Notes under the pieces: model-generated | What the model saw: the letters and a program-made list of their open reading frames with translations, nothing else | The model's database searches: none | Told to the model about the DNA's origin: nothing | Origin: Candidatus Woesearchaeota archaeon | GTDB lineage: Archaea; Nanobdellota; Nanobdellia; SCGC-AAA011-G17; UBA489 | Direction: 5' to 3' | Length of the DNA: 64,000 nt | Assembly: GCA_964366415.1 (NCBI GenBank) | Contig: CAYITG010000001.1 | Span: forward strand, 387,203 to 451,202 | Made by a program: the position numbers and the translations under genes | Part shown: positions 1-10,023 of the stretch, in pieces | Layout: each line of letters begins with the position of its first letter | Numbering within the stretch: the first letter of the stretch is position 1

Positions 1-340
1 AGAAGGATAAGACTGGCAATCCTGGAACAACCTTGATGCCCGGCAAAACAGGAGCAACTGCAGGCACTGCATCAGCAACAAAGATCAAATCAAATGTTCC
101 TTTGAGAAGAAAGTAAAAGATAAATGCCATTCCTGCAAATCCGGTGATGACGCCGATCACACCCAATACTTTCAAGAATCTTGGAGCTGTACGAGCAATC
201 TTCTCCATTAATTTTAATCCAAGTTTTGTACGATATAATGCAACAATCTTTCCCTGCACTTGGAGATTTTCTTTATGTTTATAGAAAAAAATAATGAGAC
301 CAATATAAAACAAAAGAGCGAAGATAAGATCAATATTCAT
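1..340 (-). CDS. Site-2 protease (M50 family) membrane protein, N-terminal part; runs off the window start
   Basis: Manual translation MNIDLIFALLFYIGLIIFFYKHKENLQVQGKIVALYRTKLGLKLMEKIA...AVAPVLPGIKVVPGLPVLS resembles the N-terminus of archaeal S2P proteins (RTKxG, xxLPG); the HExxH motif lies outside the window. Confidence 0.7.
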   Translation of the reverse strand, partial: MNIDLIFALLFYIGLIIFFYKHKENLQVQGKIVALYRTKLGLKLMEKIARTAPRFLKVLGVIGVITGFAGMAFIFYFLLKGTFDLIFVADAVPAVAPVLPGIKVVPGLPVLSF

Positions 341-342
341 TT

Positions 343-519
343 TTACTTGGCTGCTACCCTAATCTTTCTTAAGGTGCGGAAATTCTTTCCTCCACATTTT
401 CTGCAATGAACTTTCTTTAAGAGGATTTTTTGCGAGGCTGAGCGAAGCTTAGTTTTACATCTTTTACAGACAAAAATATTCTTCATGAACCGTGCTGAAG
501 CTTCTGGGAATTTTACCAT
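343..519 (-). CDS. rpl40e: 50S ribosomal protein L40e (58 aa; not in ORF track)
   Basis: Manual translation MVKFPEASARFMKNIFVCKRCKTKLRSASQKILLKKVHCRKCGGKNFRTLRKIRVAAK: FPEA plus two CxxC pairs; start overlaps the eIF5A stop. Confidence 0.9.
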   Translation of the reverse strand: MVKFPEASARFMKNIFVCKRCKTKLRSASQKILLKKVHCRKCGGKNFRTLRKIRVAAK

Positions 520-935
520 TATTCATCATCCTTATCTTCTTCTTGTGATCGAATTGTCTGCATCACTTTTTGACCGAGAACAATCCAGTATTGGATTTGA
601 GCGCCTTCTTTTAATTTTCCTTGCAATTCTTCTGGAATCTTTAAATCGAATGTTTCGTATGTTTTCATGTCCATGATATTTGCTGTCTCTCCTGTGATAG
701 ATAATACTTGGGCATTCTCTTTTTCAATAAGAGGACTTTCAATGCTGTCCCCTGTTGGCTTGATAATGACCCTTTTAATATTGTCGAGAACACCGACGGC
801 GTCGATTCTTGCCTTCGTTCCACCATGTTTTCCCGGTTTAGAAATCTGAACTTGTTTTACCATGCACGCCACACCGTCAACAACGATATAACGGCCAGGT
901 CTCAAACTCCCCACGGAAATTGGTTTTGTTGACAT
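519..935 (-). CDS. eif5a: Translation factor aIF5A
   Basis: Hypusine-site motif KPGKHGG and MDMKTYETF. Confidence 0.95.
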   Translation of the reverse strand: MSTKPISVGSLRPGRYIVVDGVACMVKQVQISKPGKHGGTKARIDAVGVLDNIKRVIIKPTGDSIESPLIEKENAQVLSITGETANIMDMKTYETFDLKIPEELQGKLKEGAQIQYWIVLGQKVMQTIRSQEEDKDDE

Positions 936-991
936 TCAAGTGATTGTCGGATGAATTCTTTATAAAGATTGTGCTTCAGTTACAAGAAAGA

Positions 992-1273
992 TTATATCCC
1001 TTTCTGCCTATAAAAGGGAACAATATCTCTTAATGGTGTTGTTTGTTCAACTTTGATTTTAATATTGCCTCTATCTAATTTCAGACTTTCAAAGTATTTT
1101 CCGATTTGATCTGGTGGAGCATAATCGGCAACATAATACTTTTGCTGCTCTGTTGTATTTGCAGGTAATGATTCGACATAGCAATTGGGAAAACCACTCT
1201 TCAATATTTTTTCAAGATTAAGAGTTTGCGAGCTTGCTCCTTGAGGAATGGTTACTATACTATGGTAAATCAT
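992..1273 (-). CDS. Hypothetical protein
   Basis: 93 aa ATG ORF with no recognised motif. Confidence 0.55.
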   Translation of the reverse strand: MIYHSIVTIPQGASSQTLNLEKILKSGFPNCYVESLPANTTEQQKYYVADYAPPDQIGKYFESLKLDRGNIKIKVEQTTPLRDIVPFYRQKGI

Positions 1274-1361
1274 ATTTCTTCAAAATAGATTATCTTTAAA
1301 AATCTTTAGTCTGATTCTGGTTGCTCGTTAGCTTTAAATAGTCTTTTTCTTCTGTTTTTTT

Positions 1362-2057
1362 ATGAAGATCAAAAAGGGAGATTTTATTGAACTTGATTAT
1401 ATTGGTAGAATAAAGGAAGACGGCAGAATCTTTGATCTTACTTCTGTTGAGATAGCCAAGAAAGAAGGACTGTATCAAGAACAGCAACAGTATGGTCCAC
1501 GCGTTATTTGCGTTGGTGAAGGACAGATTGTTAGAGCTATAGACACCTACTTAGAGGGAAAAGAAATGGGGACATATACTCTTTCTTTAGTACCTGATCA
1601 GGCTTTTGGAAAAAAGAATGCAAAGTTGATGAAGATTGTTCCGATTACTATGTTCCATAAACAGAAGATACGACCATTTCCAGGATTACAGATTAACATG
1701 GATGGATATATGGGGATTGTGAAGACGGTTTCTGGTGGAAGAGTTATTGTTGATTTTAATCATCCTTTGGCTGGACGCAATGTGATCTATGAATTAATAG
1801 TGAAACGTGTTGTGACTGATGTCAAAGAAAAGATCAAAGCACATTTGCATACGTTGTTTGGTAAAGATATTGACTTTACGTTTACTCAAGGAAAGCTTGC
1901 TGTTGATTTCCCTTTGCCTGAACCTTTACAACAACAAGTGCAGGGTCACATCGAAAAGATTATTCCTGATGTGAAAACAATTACTTTTGCAGCACCACCA
2001 AAGGAAGAAAAGGTGGTAGAGAACAAAGAACAGAAAAAAGCAACTACTCAACCATAG
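1362..2057 (+). CDS. FKBP-type peptidyl-prolyl isomerase (long archaeal type)
   Basis: IKKGDFIELDYIGRIKEDGRIFD and VDFNHPLAG motifs. Confidence 0.92.
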   Translation: MKIKKGDFIELDYIGRIKEDGRIFDLTSVEIAKKEGLYQEQQQYGPRVICVGEGQIVRAIDTYLEGKEMGTYTLSLVPDQAFGKKNAKLMKIVPITMFHKQKIRPFPGLQINMDGYMGIVKTVSGGRVIVDFNHPLAGRNVIYELIVKRVVTDVKEKIKAHLHTLFGKDIDFTFTQGKLAVDFPLPEPLQQQVQGHIEKIIPDVKTITFAAPPKEEKVVENKEQKKATTQP

Positions 2058-2114
2058 ATAACTATAAAAATCCCTTTAAGTTATTAGCATCTATCTCTTC
2101 ATAGTGAAAAAAAG

Positions 2115-3203
2115 ATGGCAGATTTAACTTCAAAAGGAGGACATGTACCACCAACATCTAATCCCTTAGATGCTGAACTCGAGCAGATTCTTTCCCGACA
2201 ACGCGCTAAAATTAAGGTTGTAGGATGCGGTGGCGGTGGAAACAACACTATTAATCGTATTTCTGAAGTTGGAGCCAGTGGCATTGAGACTATTGCCGTG
2301 AATACTGATGCTCAAGATTTATTGTATACACATGCTACGACAAAAATTCTCATTGGAAAAGAGATTACCCAAGGTTTGGGCGCAGGATCTGTTCCTCAGA
2401 TTGGAGAGGAAGCAGCGCGAGAAAATGAACATGAAATCAAAGCAAAATTGCAAGGATCAGACATGGTCTTTATCACCTGTGGATTGGGTGGAGGAACGGG
2501 AAGTGGAAGCGCGCATGTTGTTGCTGAACAAGCCAAGAAATTGAATGCATTGACTGTTGCTATTGTGACGTTGCCCTTTGAGATGGAGGGAAGAAGAAGA
2601 TATGAGAATGCCATGTATGGATTAGAGAAACTTGAGAAAGTAGCTGATACACTTATTGTGATTCCGAATGATAAATTATTGGAATTAGCACCTGAATTAC
2701 CCTTACATACTGCTTTCAAGATTGCTGATGAAATTTTAACGAATGCTGTGAAAGGCATTTCAGAACTTGTTACGAAAGCAGGATTAGTAAATTTAGATTT
2801 TGCAGATATTCGCACTGTTATGGGTAGAGGCGGTGTTGCTATGATTGGTGTTGGTGAAAGCGATACTGAACATCGCGCTACAGAATGTGTGCAGAAGGCT
2901 TTGAATAATCCTTTATTAGATGTTGATATTACTGGAGCAACAGGCGCTTTGATCAATGTGAGCGGTGGACCTGATATGACTTTAGAAGAAGCAAAAACTG
3001 TTGTTGAAACGGTCAGTCAAAAAATGAGTGATGAAGCACGCATCATCTGGGGAGCGCAGATTTCTGAAGATTTAGGAAAAACCATCAGATGTATGTTGAT
3101 TGTCACAGGCGTCAATAGTCCTCAGATCTTTGGACCTAAACGCATGATGGTTGAAAAAGAGAAGAAAGAGATCGAAAACGAATTAGGGATTGATTTCTTG
3201 TAG
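2115..3203 (+). CDS. ftsZ: Cell division protein FtsZ
   Basis: [17 protein letters not shown] and NLDFAD motifs. Confidence 0.98.
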   Translation: MADLTSKGGHVPPTSNPLDAELEQILSRQRAKIKVVGCGGGGNNTINRISEVGASGIETIAVNTDAQDLLYTHATTKILIGKEITQGLGAGSVPQIGEEAARENEHEIKAKLQGSDMVFITCGLGGGTGSGSAHVVAEQAKKLNALTVAIVTLPFEMEGRRRYENAMYGLEKLEKVADTLIVIPNDKLLELAPELPLHTAFKIADEILTNAVKGISELVTKAGLVNLDFADIRTVMGRGGVAMIGVGESDTEHRATECVQKALNNPLLDVDITGATGALINVSGGPDMTLEEAKTVVETVSQKMSDEARIIWGAQISEDLGKTIRCMLIVTGVNSPQIFGPKRMMVEKEKKEIENELGIDFL

Positions 3204-3213
3204 TTTTATTAAG

Positions 3214-3594
3214 TTAACTTTTTATAACTTTGAAAGCTTCTAATTTATCTTTCATACTCGGAAGAGACGCAGTTTCTTTATCTTGGCTTGCAGCCTCTAA
3301 TATCATTCTTTCAATATCAGAAACTGTATTTTGATTACCGAAAAGTTCAACTGTTATTCCCCTTTTATCTCCGTTCCAGGTGGATTGGTAATGTAATGTG
3401 ACACCTTGTGGTTCAATATGGTATACTGCTCTCGTTATTTGCCCCTTTCTTGTAGATATTGTTGGAAAGATCGTGCCTGTTGAGATGGCATTATATTCAT
3501 TTCGCAAAACATGTTCCATAAAATCATAAAAATTATCGAGTTTAAATAAACCATCATAATAACTAGCTTCAAAATGAACAATTGTTTTTTGCAT
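3214..3594 (-). CDS. Hypothetical protein
   Basis: 126 aa ORF with a TATA-like element upstream. Confidence 0.6.
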   Translation of the reverse strand: MQKTIVHFEASYYDGLFKLDNFYDFMEHVLRNEYNAISTGTIFPTISTRKGQITRAVYHIEPQGVTLHYQSTWNGDKRGITVELFGNQNTVSDIERMILEAASQDKETASLPSMKDKLEAFKVIKS

Positions 3595-3659
3595 ATGCTT
3601 GAGTTATGTGCCTTTTATATAAACCTTTGCTCTTCCACGTTAATTAAGAGTTAACTTGC

Positions 3660-3675
3660 GTGCTCTGCAGAGCAC
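3660..3675. promoter_or_regulatory. Perfect 16-bp palindrome GTGCTCTGCAGAGCAC between divergent genes
   Basis: Read directly from the sequence; lies between two TATA-like elements. Confidence 0.4.
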
Positions 3676-3731
3676 CTTTAACCATGAACAAAGATCACAA
3701 TATTTTTATAGTTTAATTATTTCTTTTTTGT

Positions 3732-4148
3732 ATGTTTTTTGCAGAGTATCTGGTTAAAGAACTTCATCTTGATCCTTCTTTGGTATCTACTCGACAGCAC
3801 TCTCTTGCATTTGTTGCTGGCGCTGAACGGCTCTTTGGTCTTGGCCAGGGATTATCACATAAATATCGACGAGTTCTTGAACAAGAAGCTAAACGAAGAG
3901 AACGAATAGAAGATATTATTGTTGACAGCATTCCTTCTTCCCCTGATCGTTCTTTACGCGACTATATTGCCTTAGCAAAGGCTCATTACGAACAACAAGG
4001 ATTTACCATAACTGCGGACCGAGAGAATGGTTTTACTATGAAAAAAGAGGGTTTAGATTACTGGACACACCTCGACCTTTCCGGATTGGATAGTTTTAGT
4101 CAAACCCTTTCTTTTACCTTATTTAGAGAGTTTCCCAAAACTCCATAA
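3732..4148 (+). CDS. Hypothetical protein
   Basis: 138 aa ORF preceded by TTTTTATA. Confidence 0.6.
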   Translation: MFFAEYLVKELHLDPSLVSTRQHSLAFVAGAERLFGLGQGLSHKYRRVLEQEAKRRERIEDIIVDSIPSSPDRSLRDYIALAKAHYEQQGFTITADRENGFTMKKEGLDYWTHLDLSGLDSFSQTLSFTLFREFPKTP

Positions 4149-4183
4149 CAACCTTTAAAAAGGGGCTTTAATTGGAGTTTTCC

Positions 4184-4354
4184 ATGCTCACTAGATTGAA
4201 GAGTTTTATTTTGGAATGCGTACGTGTTTTCAAAATAACGAAGAAACCTGGTAAAGAAGAATTCATTACAGTTGTTAAAGTGTCAGGTATTGGCATTTTA
4301 CTCATCGGACTTATTGGTTTCATCGTCCAGACAGGATGGCAACTCTTTAGCTGA
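4184..4354 (+). CDS. secE: Protein translocase subunit SecE/Sec61-gamma
   Basis: RVFKITKKPGKEEF followed by one TM helix; directly upstream of spt5. Confidence 0.93.
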   Translation: MLTRLKSFILECVRVFKITKKPGKEEFITVVKVSGIGILLIGLIGFIVQTGWQLFS

Positions 4355-4362
4355 GGAATCAC

Positions 4363-4863
4363 ATGGCAATTTTCGCATTACGAACAACAAGCAACAGAGA
4401 AGATCAGGTATTTGATTTTGTCAGTTCTAATGTTGAAAAAAAGAACTTGGCTGTTTTAAGTTTGATCCGACCTCATGGCTTGAGAGGATATATTTTCATT
4501 GAAGTTGAAACTCGAGAAATTGCAGAAGAAGCCTATCACAAAGTGCCTTATGCACGCGGCATTTTACCAAAACCTGTTACTTATCAAGAGATTGAACATA
4601 TGCTCGAACAAGTCAGAGTACAGATGAATATCCAGAAAGGAGATATTGTTGAAGTCATCAGCGGACCTTTCAAAGGGGAACAAGCTAAGGTCAATAGAGT
4701 CGATCAGACTAAAGAAGAAGTTGTTGTTGAACTTTTAGAAGCAGCTATTCCTATTCCTATCACCGTCAAACTTGATTCCGTTAAGGTTATAAGGAGAGAT
4801 GAAAGCGGCAACAATAACAATATGAGCGCTGAAGAAAAAAGATCTGAGGAATCAAACCAATGA
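4363..4863 (+). CDS. spt5: Transcription elongation factor Spt5 (NusG)
   Basis: NGN domain (LRGYIFIE) and KOW motif (GDIVEVISGPFKGE). Confidence 0.95.
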   Translation: MAIFALRTTSNREDQVFDFVSSNVEKKNLAVLSLIRPHGLRGYIFIEVETREIAEEAYHKVPYARGILPKPVTYQEIEHMLEQVRVQMNIQKGDIVEVISGPFKGEQAKVNRVDQTKEEVVVELLEAAIPIPITVKLDSVKVIRRDESGNNNNMSAEEKRSEESNQ

Positions 4864-5615
4864 CCAAATTACAACTCATCGTGGACGGAGGAAAAGCAAC
4901 GACAACTCCAGCCATGGCTCAAACGTTAGGGCCTATGAAAATTCCTCTTAATGAAGTTCTCGCCAAGATTAATGACAAGACTAAAGCATTCCAAGGCATT
5001 AAAGTGCCTGTTGAAGTGAATGTGAACGATAAAGACAAAACGTATGACGTCAAAGTAGGAAGTCCACCTGCTTCTGAACTTATTAAAAAAGAATTGAAAT
5101 TGGAAAAAGGAAGCGGAACGCCTAATCGAGAAAAACTTGTGAACCTTGGTGTTGAACAAGTGATCAAGATTGCACAGCAGAAAATGGATGGATTGTTGGA
5201 CAAGACGTTGAAAGCTGCTGTCAAAACTATTGCCGGAACATGCAACAGCATGGGATTATTGATTGAAGGCAAGACTAGTGATGCATTTACGAGAGATTTG
5301 GAAGCTGGCAAGTATGACCAAGAATTGAAAGAAGTAAAAATAGAGATTGCTCCTGAGAAGAAAGCACGCTTACAACAAGAATTACAAACTATCCAAGAAC
5401 GCTTACGCAAAGAACAGGAACGCTTGAAGGCTGAGGAAGAAGCGAAAGCCGCTGCAGTTGCTGCTGAGAAACCTGCTGAAGCTGCACCTGCTGAAGGCGC
5501 TACTAAAGAAGGAGAAAAGAAACCTGCTGAAGCTGGTAAGGCTCCTGCTGCCGGTGCAGAAAAGAAAGCTGCCGCTCCTGCTGCTGAGAAAAAAGCTCCT
5601 GAGAAAAAGAAATAA
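4860..5615 (+). CDS. rpl11: 50S ribosomal protein L11 with an Ala/Glu/Lys-rich C-terminal tail
   Basis: VDGGKA, GSPPASELIKKE and GTCNSMG motifs; conserved position after spt5. Confidence 0.93.
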   Translation: MTKLQLIVDGGKATTTPAMAQTLGPMKIPLNEVLAKINDKTKAFQGIKVPVEVNVNDKDKTYDVKVGSPPASELIKKELKLEKGSGTPNREKLVNLGVEQVIKIAQQKMDGLLDKTLKAAVKTIAGTCNSMGLLIEGKTSDAFTRDLEAGKYDQELKEVKIEIAPEKKARLQQELQTIQERLRKEQERLKAEEEAKAAAVAAEKPAEAAPAEGATKEGEKKPAEAGKAPAAGAEKKAAAPAAEKKAPEKKK

Positions 5616-5672
5616 TTTTTTACACTTACCCACAAGCTTTATTAGGACTTCTTGAACGTATTTTCTCTTTAC

Positions 5673-5745
5673 GGGGCCGTAGTCTAACCTGGTAGGACTT
5701 GTGGTTTGGGACCATAGGGTCCAGGTTCAAATCCTGGCGGCCTCA
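5673..5745 (+). tRNA. tRNA-Pro(TGG), intronless
   Basis: Acceptor GGGGCCG/CGGCCTC, anticodon arm TGTGG-TTTGGGA-CCATA, T loop TTCAAAT. Confidence 0.93.
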
Positions 5746-5820
5746 TCTCTTTCACAAGCTTTAAAAAGGCAAAGAAGTACAGCATTACCTACCTTTTAAC
5801 ACTCTTATTGGGGCATATCT

Positions 5821-6036
5821 ATGGTTACTAAAATTGTTGGCTCAACAGGTCGTTTTGGCGTCCGTTACGGAAAACGTTTACGCACACTTACACTACAAAT
5901 AGAAAAAAAACAGCGACAAAAACAAATATGCCCTTACTGTTCACGCCCACAAGTGAAAAGATTAGCAGCTGGCATTTTCCAATGTTACAAATGTTCAACT
6001 AAATTTACTGGTGATGCTTACCTGATGAAGGCTTAA
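5821..6036 (+). CDS. rpl37ae: 50S ribosomal protein L37ae
   Basis: GRFGVRYG plus CPYC and CYKC zinc finger. Confidence 0.95.
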   Translation: MVTKIVGSTGRFGVRYGKRLRTLTLQIEKKQRQKQICPYCSRPQVKRLAAGIFQCYKCSTKFTGDAYLMKA

Positions 6037-6038
6037 CT

Positions 6039-6176
6039 ATGGCAATCTACAAATGTTTTCAATGCAGTAAAGAAGTGAAAGAGGAATATGTGCGCAAGAA
6101 AATACGCTGTCCTTATTGCGGATACAAGATTTTGTACAAACCACGCACTGTTACTGCAACCGTGAAGGCGGTATAA
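6039..6176 (+). CDS. rpoP: RNA polymerase subunit P (Rpo12), 45 aa; not in ORF track
   Basis: Manual translation MAIYKCFQCSKEVKEEYVRKKIRCPYCGYKILYKPRTVTATVKAV; conserved position after rpl37ae. Confidence 0.93.
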   Translation: MAIYKCFQCSKEVKEEYVRKKIRCPYCGYKILYKPRTVTATVKAV

Positions 6177-6184
6177 GGTGAGAT

Positions 6185-6529
6185 ATGGACGTTTCACCAG
6201 AACTTGAGGAAAAGATTGCTCGCCTGCAAATGCTAGAGCAAAATGTTCAGGCATTTTCTTCTCAACGACAACAATTTCAGATCCACATTACTGAAATTGA
6301 GCATGCATTACAAGAATTAGAACACACAAAAGAAAAACCCTACAAAATTGTTGGCTCACTCATGATTGCCAGTGATGCTGAAGAACTTAAAAAAGAATTG
6401 AGTTCTCAGAAAGAAATGGCCGAGCTCCGTATTAAGAGCTTGGAAAAACAAGAAACACAATTACGGGAAAAGGCAGAGTCTCTTCAGAAAGAAGTCGTAG
6501 GGGCGCTGCAACAAAAAGGAGGGAAATAG
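6185..6529 (+). CDS. pfdB: Prefoldin subunit beta
   Basis: Coiled coils around YKIVGSLMI; conserved gene order. Confidence 0.9.
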   Translation: MDVSPELEEKIARLQMLEQNVQAFSSQRQQFQIHITEIEHALQELEHTKEKPYKIVGSLMIASDAEELKKELSSQKEMAELRIKSLEKQETQLREKAESLQKEVVGALQQKGGK

Positions 6530-6530
6530 T

Positions 6531-6776
6531 ATGGCAGGATTACAGACAGTTATAGAGGTCCTTTCTATTATTGAACAAGATGCGAGTGTGCCTAAGAATG
6601 TGAGGGCAAAAATTACTTCAGCGATCAAATCTTTACAAGATGAGAATGGCAAATCACATGAGGTGAAGATTGACCAAATTTTGCAACAACTTGATGACTT
6701 AAGTGATGATCCAAATTTACCACCATACACCCGTACACAAATCTGGAACGTTGTCAGCACACTTGAAAGTGTTTAG
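6531..6776 (+). CDS. UPF0147 family protein
   Basis: DASVPKNVR and DDPNLPPYTRTQIWNVVS motifs. Confidence 0.9.
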   Translation: MAGLQTVIEVLSIIEQDASVPKNVRAKITSAIKSLQDENGKSHEVKIDQILQQLDDLSDDPNLPPYTRTQIWNVVSTLESV

Positions 6777-6837
6777 CGTTGTGTAGCATAGAAATCTTTA
6801 TATAGAGAAAACCTCTCTTAACTGCTGAGGGATAAAA

Positions 6838-7239
6838 GTGGCTTTATTTTCAAAAATAAAAGAACGTCTTGGCTTTGGTTCTCGTGTTCCTGTTGAGGAT
6901 TTCGATGATGAATACGAAGAAGAATATATGGAAATCGATCCTACCAAAGACGTTGGATTAAAATCCAAGATTGTTGTCAAGTCCTTCATTATCAATGATT
7001 TCGCCGATGTTAAGGATGCCTTAGATGCTTTACGCGAAGGCTATACCATTGCTTTGATTAACATTAAACCTTTGAAAGACCGAGACATTGTTGAATTGAA
7101 ACGAGCTGTGAACAAATTAAAGAAGACCTGTGATGCCATTGATGGCGATATTGCAGGCGTTAGCGAGGATTGGATTGTTGTCACACCTACGTTTGCCCAT
7201 ATCTATCGCAATAAAGGCACGGAAGAAGTCGAACATTAA
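6838..7239 (+). CDS. sepF: Cell division protein SepF
   Basis: N-terminal amphipathic helix and IDGDIAGVSEDWIVVTP; GTG start; UPF0147-sepF-ZPR1 gene order. Confidence 0.88.
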   Translation: MALFSKIKERLGFGSRVPVEDFDDEYEEEYMEIDPTKDVGLKSKIVVKSFIINDFADVKDALDALREGYTIALINIKPLKDRDIVELKRAVNKLKKTCDAIDGDIAGVSEDWIVVTPTFAHIYRNKGTEEVEH

Positions 7240-7241
7240 CC

Positions 7242-7556
7242 ATGGGCGAATGTGATGCTGACGAACGTTATTATCTTATTGCGCGTAATTCTCAAAATAA
7301 GTCTTTTCAGTTTGTTCGAGTTGAAGGAAACGACATACCCGTCTGGAGCTTTGGAGAAATTCCCTATTTCACTTCACGTAAAGAAGTGCTAAATCTTTCT
7401 AGTCACTTGCAAACCCGCGGATATGAAACACATGTTATCGAAGATAATACTGTTGAGGATAGACGATTTATAACGCTTGAAACAAAAGTCGAACATGCTG
7501 AACCAGCCTGGGTGGTAAAGCGTGATTTTTCATTTTTAAATCTTTTCCGAAGTTAA
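7242..7556 (+). CDS. Hypothetical protein
   Basis: 104 aa ORF lying between sepF and ZPR1. Confidence 0.6.
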   Translation: MGECDADERYYLIARNSQNKSFQFVRVEGNDIPVWSFGEIPYFTSRKEVLNLSSHLQTRGYETHVIEDNTVEDRRFITLETKVEHAEPAWVVKRDFSFLNLFRS

Positions 7557-7601
7557 TTGCAAAAACAATAGCTTTTTAAAATTTTGTCTCTTCTTAGTTC
7601 T

Positions 7602-8129
7602 ATGGAAAAAATAGAAGGACAGCAATGTCCTGTCTGCATGGAAAAGAAATTAACTTTAAGTGAAGAGACCAAAGACATACCTTTTTTTGGAAAGACCTTT
7701 ATTTTTTCTATGGTGTGTGGGGGTTGTGGTTTTCATAAAAGTGATTTAGAAGCTGCAGAACAAAAATCACCTTGCAAAATTACTTTTGCTGTTCAAAGCG
7801 ATAAAGACATGAACGTGCGCGTTGTGAAAAGCTCGGAAGCATCTGTTGCTGTTCCTCAATTGAAGATGAGCATGACTCCTGGGCCTGCTAGTGAAGGATT
7901 CGTCAGTAATATTGAAGGATTATTAGACAAATTTAAGAATATTATTGAAGATCAACGTGATGTTAGTGAAGATGATGATGAGAAACAAACTGCGAAGAAT
8001 TTGTTGAAGAAGATTTGGAAGATTAAATGTGGAGATATTCCTGTTACTATTGTGATTGAAGATCCTTCAGGGAATAGCGCTATTATTTCTGATAAAGCAA
8101 AGATTGAACCTTTGAAAGTGAAGAAGTAA
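7602..8129 (+). CDS. ZPR1-type zinc finger protein
   Basis: CPVC, CGGCGF, PGPASEGFVSNIEG and IEDPSGNS motifs. Confidence 0.92.
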   Translation: MEKIEGQQCPVCMEKKLTLSEETKDIPFFGKTFIFSMVCGGCGFHKSDLEAAEQKSPCKITFAVQSDKDMNVRVVKSSEASVAVPQLKMSMTPGPASEGFVSNIEGLLDKFKNIIEDQRDVSEDDDEKQTAKNLLKKIWKIKCGDIPVTIVIEDPSGNSAIISDKAKIEPLKVKK

Positions 8130-8131
8130 CA

Positions 8132-8410
8132 TTAATGTCTTTGTTCTTTAATATGCTCTTTAAAGTCATGTGCTAAGCTTTGAAATTGTCTAGCAAGATT
8201 ATTCAGATCAGCCCTCATTTTTGCTTGGTTTATTGCTACATTAATAATTAATGTTGTGTTCAGGACTAAAAATCCGATTGTTAATGTGTCACTTATCCAC
8301 GAACCACCAAATACTTTTACAAGAATTTGATATGCTATAAGCAATGCAAACAGTATCCAAAGCAACTTCCAGATTATCCAAAACATTTGTGTCATTTTTT
8401 CTTTTCTCAT
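8132..8410 (-). CDS. Small two-TM membrane protein with a C-terminal coiled coil
   Basis: Two hydrophobic segments then LARQFQSLAHDFKEH. Confidence 0.65.
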   Translation of the reverse strand: MRKEKMTQMFWIIWKLLWILFALLIAYQILVKVFGGSWISDTLTIGFLVLNTTLIINVAINQAKMRADLNNLARQFQSLAHDFKEHIKEQRH

Positions 8411-8411
8411 G

Positions 8412-8516
8412 TTAGTACTTCCCACTGATAAGCCAGATGATAAGGACAATAACTAATACCATTGCCACCGCTATTTGGATTTTTTCTAGCCTTTGTTGCA
8501 CTTTTTCAAGATTCAT
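8412..8516 (-). CDS. 34-aa single-TM micropeptide (not in ORF track)
   Basis: Manual translation MNLEKVQQRLEKIQIAVAMVLVIVLIIWLISGKY; stop lies 1 nt before the next ATG. Confidence 0.55.
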   Translation of the reverse strand: MNLEKVQQRLEKIQIAVAMVLVIVLIIWLISGKY

Positions 8517-8538
8517 GTTACTATGAACTTTCTTTTGT

Positions 8539-8907
8539 TTAAATATCTTTTCTAGAAATTTCCGTAAAACTTACGAATTCATTCGCCAATGTTGTTCTCT
8601 TCTTTAGGATTTCTTTCATTTTTTCCTCGAGAAGCGTAATAAGCTCTGGTTGATTATAACTATACATATCGGGGACGTTCAAAGAAAGAATATGTTTTTT
8701 ACTATAGGTGCTTGGGAAGCGTTTTGCAATTTCTGTACGTTGATGATCTTCCATAACAAGGATAAGATCTGCCCATTCTAGTTCTTTTTGTGTTACCGGG
8801 TTTTCGTTATACAAACCTGCTGATTTTGTTTGGAGTGTACTCTTAAACAGATGTTCTGCTGTTTTGCTTCTATGCTTATTTTGGTTACAAATAAAAAGAG
8901 TTTTCAT
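8539..8907 (-). CDS. Low-molecular-weight phosphotyrosine-phosphatase-like protein
   Basis: LFICNQNKHRS (Cx5R) and WADLILVME motifs. Confidence 0.85.
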   Translation of the reverse strand: MKTLFICNQNKHRSKTAEHLFKSTLQTKSAGLYNENPVTQKELEWADLILVMEDHQRTEIAKRFPSTYSKKHILSLNVPDMYSYNQPELITLLEEKMKEILKKRTTLANEFVSFTEISRKDI

Positions 8908-8936
8908 AGAGAAACTGGTGTTTTTTATCTATATAT

Positions 8937-9947
8937 TTATTTTGCCCCATAGGGGGCGGTAATGAATCCTGTCTTCAAACTTTCTTCGAATGATAATTCA
9001 CCTAAAGCAACAAGCAATTCTTTTACCGTAATGATGGGCTTTGAGAATCGTGGCGTGTCTTCTATTGCTAAACGAGGGCATGCTGTGGTGACAAATACAT
9101 CAACCGTTGAAAAGTTATTTAATTCATTTGGTCTGACTTCTTCTAAGGTAATGATGATTGCTTCTTTATTATGTGCAATAATCTTATTTTTGAGTTGTTC
9201 TGCCATGGTTGTGTTTATTTGACCTGATTTCGTGGAGATGATAATACCGAATGATTGTGCTCGTTTTGCTTGTTCGATGAATGCATCTCGTTGGAGAATA
9301 TATTTGGCACGCTGAGGAGTAAGATCTTGTATTTCTTCTGTTGCTGGATTGATGAGAATGACTGGCTTGTCTGTGGATAACAGTAATCCTAATGCATGAA
9401 AACCATTTGCTATAGTGAGGTATGCATCAACATTCGCTTCGATTGTTTTTGGACCTGTGTACTCACATCCTAAAATTTGACCTTGATGAAAGGCACGGCC
9501 TTTTCCTTCTGGAATACTCACGTTGATTCCTTTTTCTTCTAACGCTTTCTTGATTATTGGAAGTTGTTGAATGTGCTGCACAGATGCTACTAATCCTATT
9601 TTTTTATATTGTGTATATGCCTTTGTGAAAGCAGTTATGATCTTTGTAATGTCTTTTTCGTAATGTGTTTCAACATATAGAACTGGAATATCAGGATGAT
9701 GGAATGGAGCATGGCCGAAATGCACAATAAGATCAACTCCTAGTCGTTTGGCTTCATCAACAGGCAAATCACATGCTCCCCATGATGGTTCTCCAGAAAC
9801 AAGAATTGTTGCTTGTGTTTTTTCTTGAAGAAGATTCACTAAACGAGGAGCTTCTTTCTTGAGACCTTCAGGTAGCTGCAAGAGTACCCTCTTTGCCTTT
9901 TGTTTCTTTATTTCTTCAATGATTCGTTGTTCTTCTAAGTTGTACAT
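8937..9947 (-). CDS. dph2: Diphthamide biosynthesis enzyme Dph2
   Basis: LQLPEGLK, WGACD, GQILGC and TACPRL motifs (three Fe-S cysteines). Confidence 0.93.
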   Translation of the reverse strand: MYNLEEQRIIEEIKKQKAKRVLLQLPEGLKKEAPRLVNLLQEKTQATILVSGEPSWGACDLPVDEAKRLGVDLIVHFGHAPFHHPDIPVLYVETHYEKDITKIITAFTKAYTQYKKIGLVASVQHIQQLPIIKKALEEKGINVSIPEGKGRAFHQGQILGCEYTGPKTIEANVDAYLTIANGFHALGLLLSTDKPVILINPATEEIQDLTPQRAKYILQRDAFIEQAKRAQSFGIIISTKSGQINTTMAEQLKNKIIAHNKEAIIITLEEVRPNELNNFSTVDVFVTTACPRLAIEDTPRFSKPIITVKELLVALGELSFEESLKTGFITAPYGAK

Positions 9948-10023
9948 TGAGTATATACTGGAGAATATATGTTTTTAAGACTTTTCATAAGCTTTAAATA
10001 ACGGCTCTTTATGAAGAGTATCT

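Noticed and set aside
4919..5635. Long antisense ORFs opposite rpl11 and other core genes (e.g. 2396-2956, 30453-31229, 35139-35798)
   Set aside because: Shadow frames of well-supported genes on the other strand.
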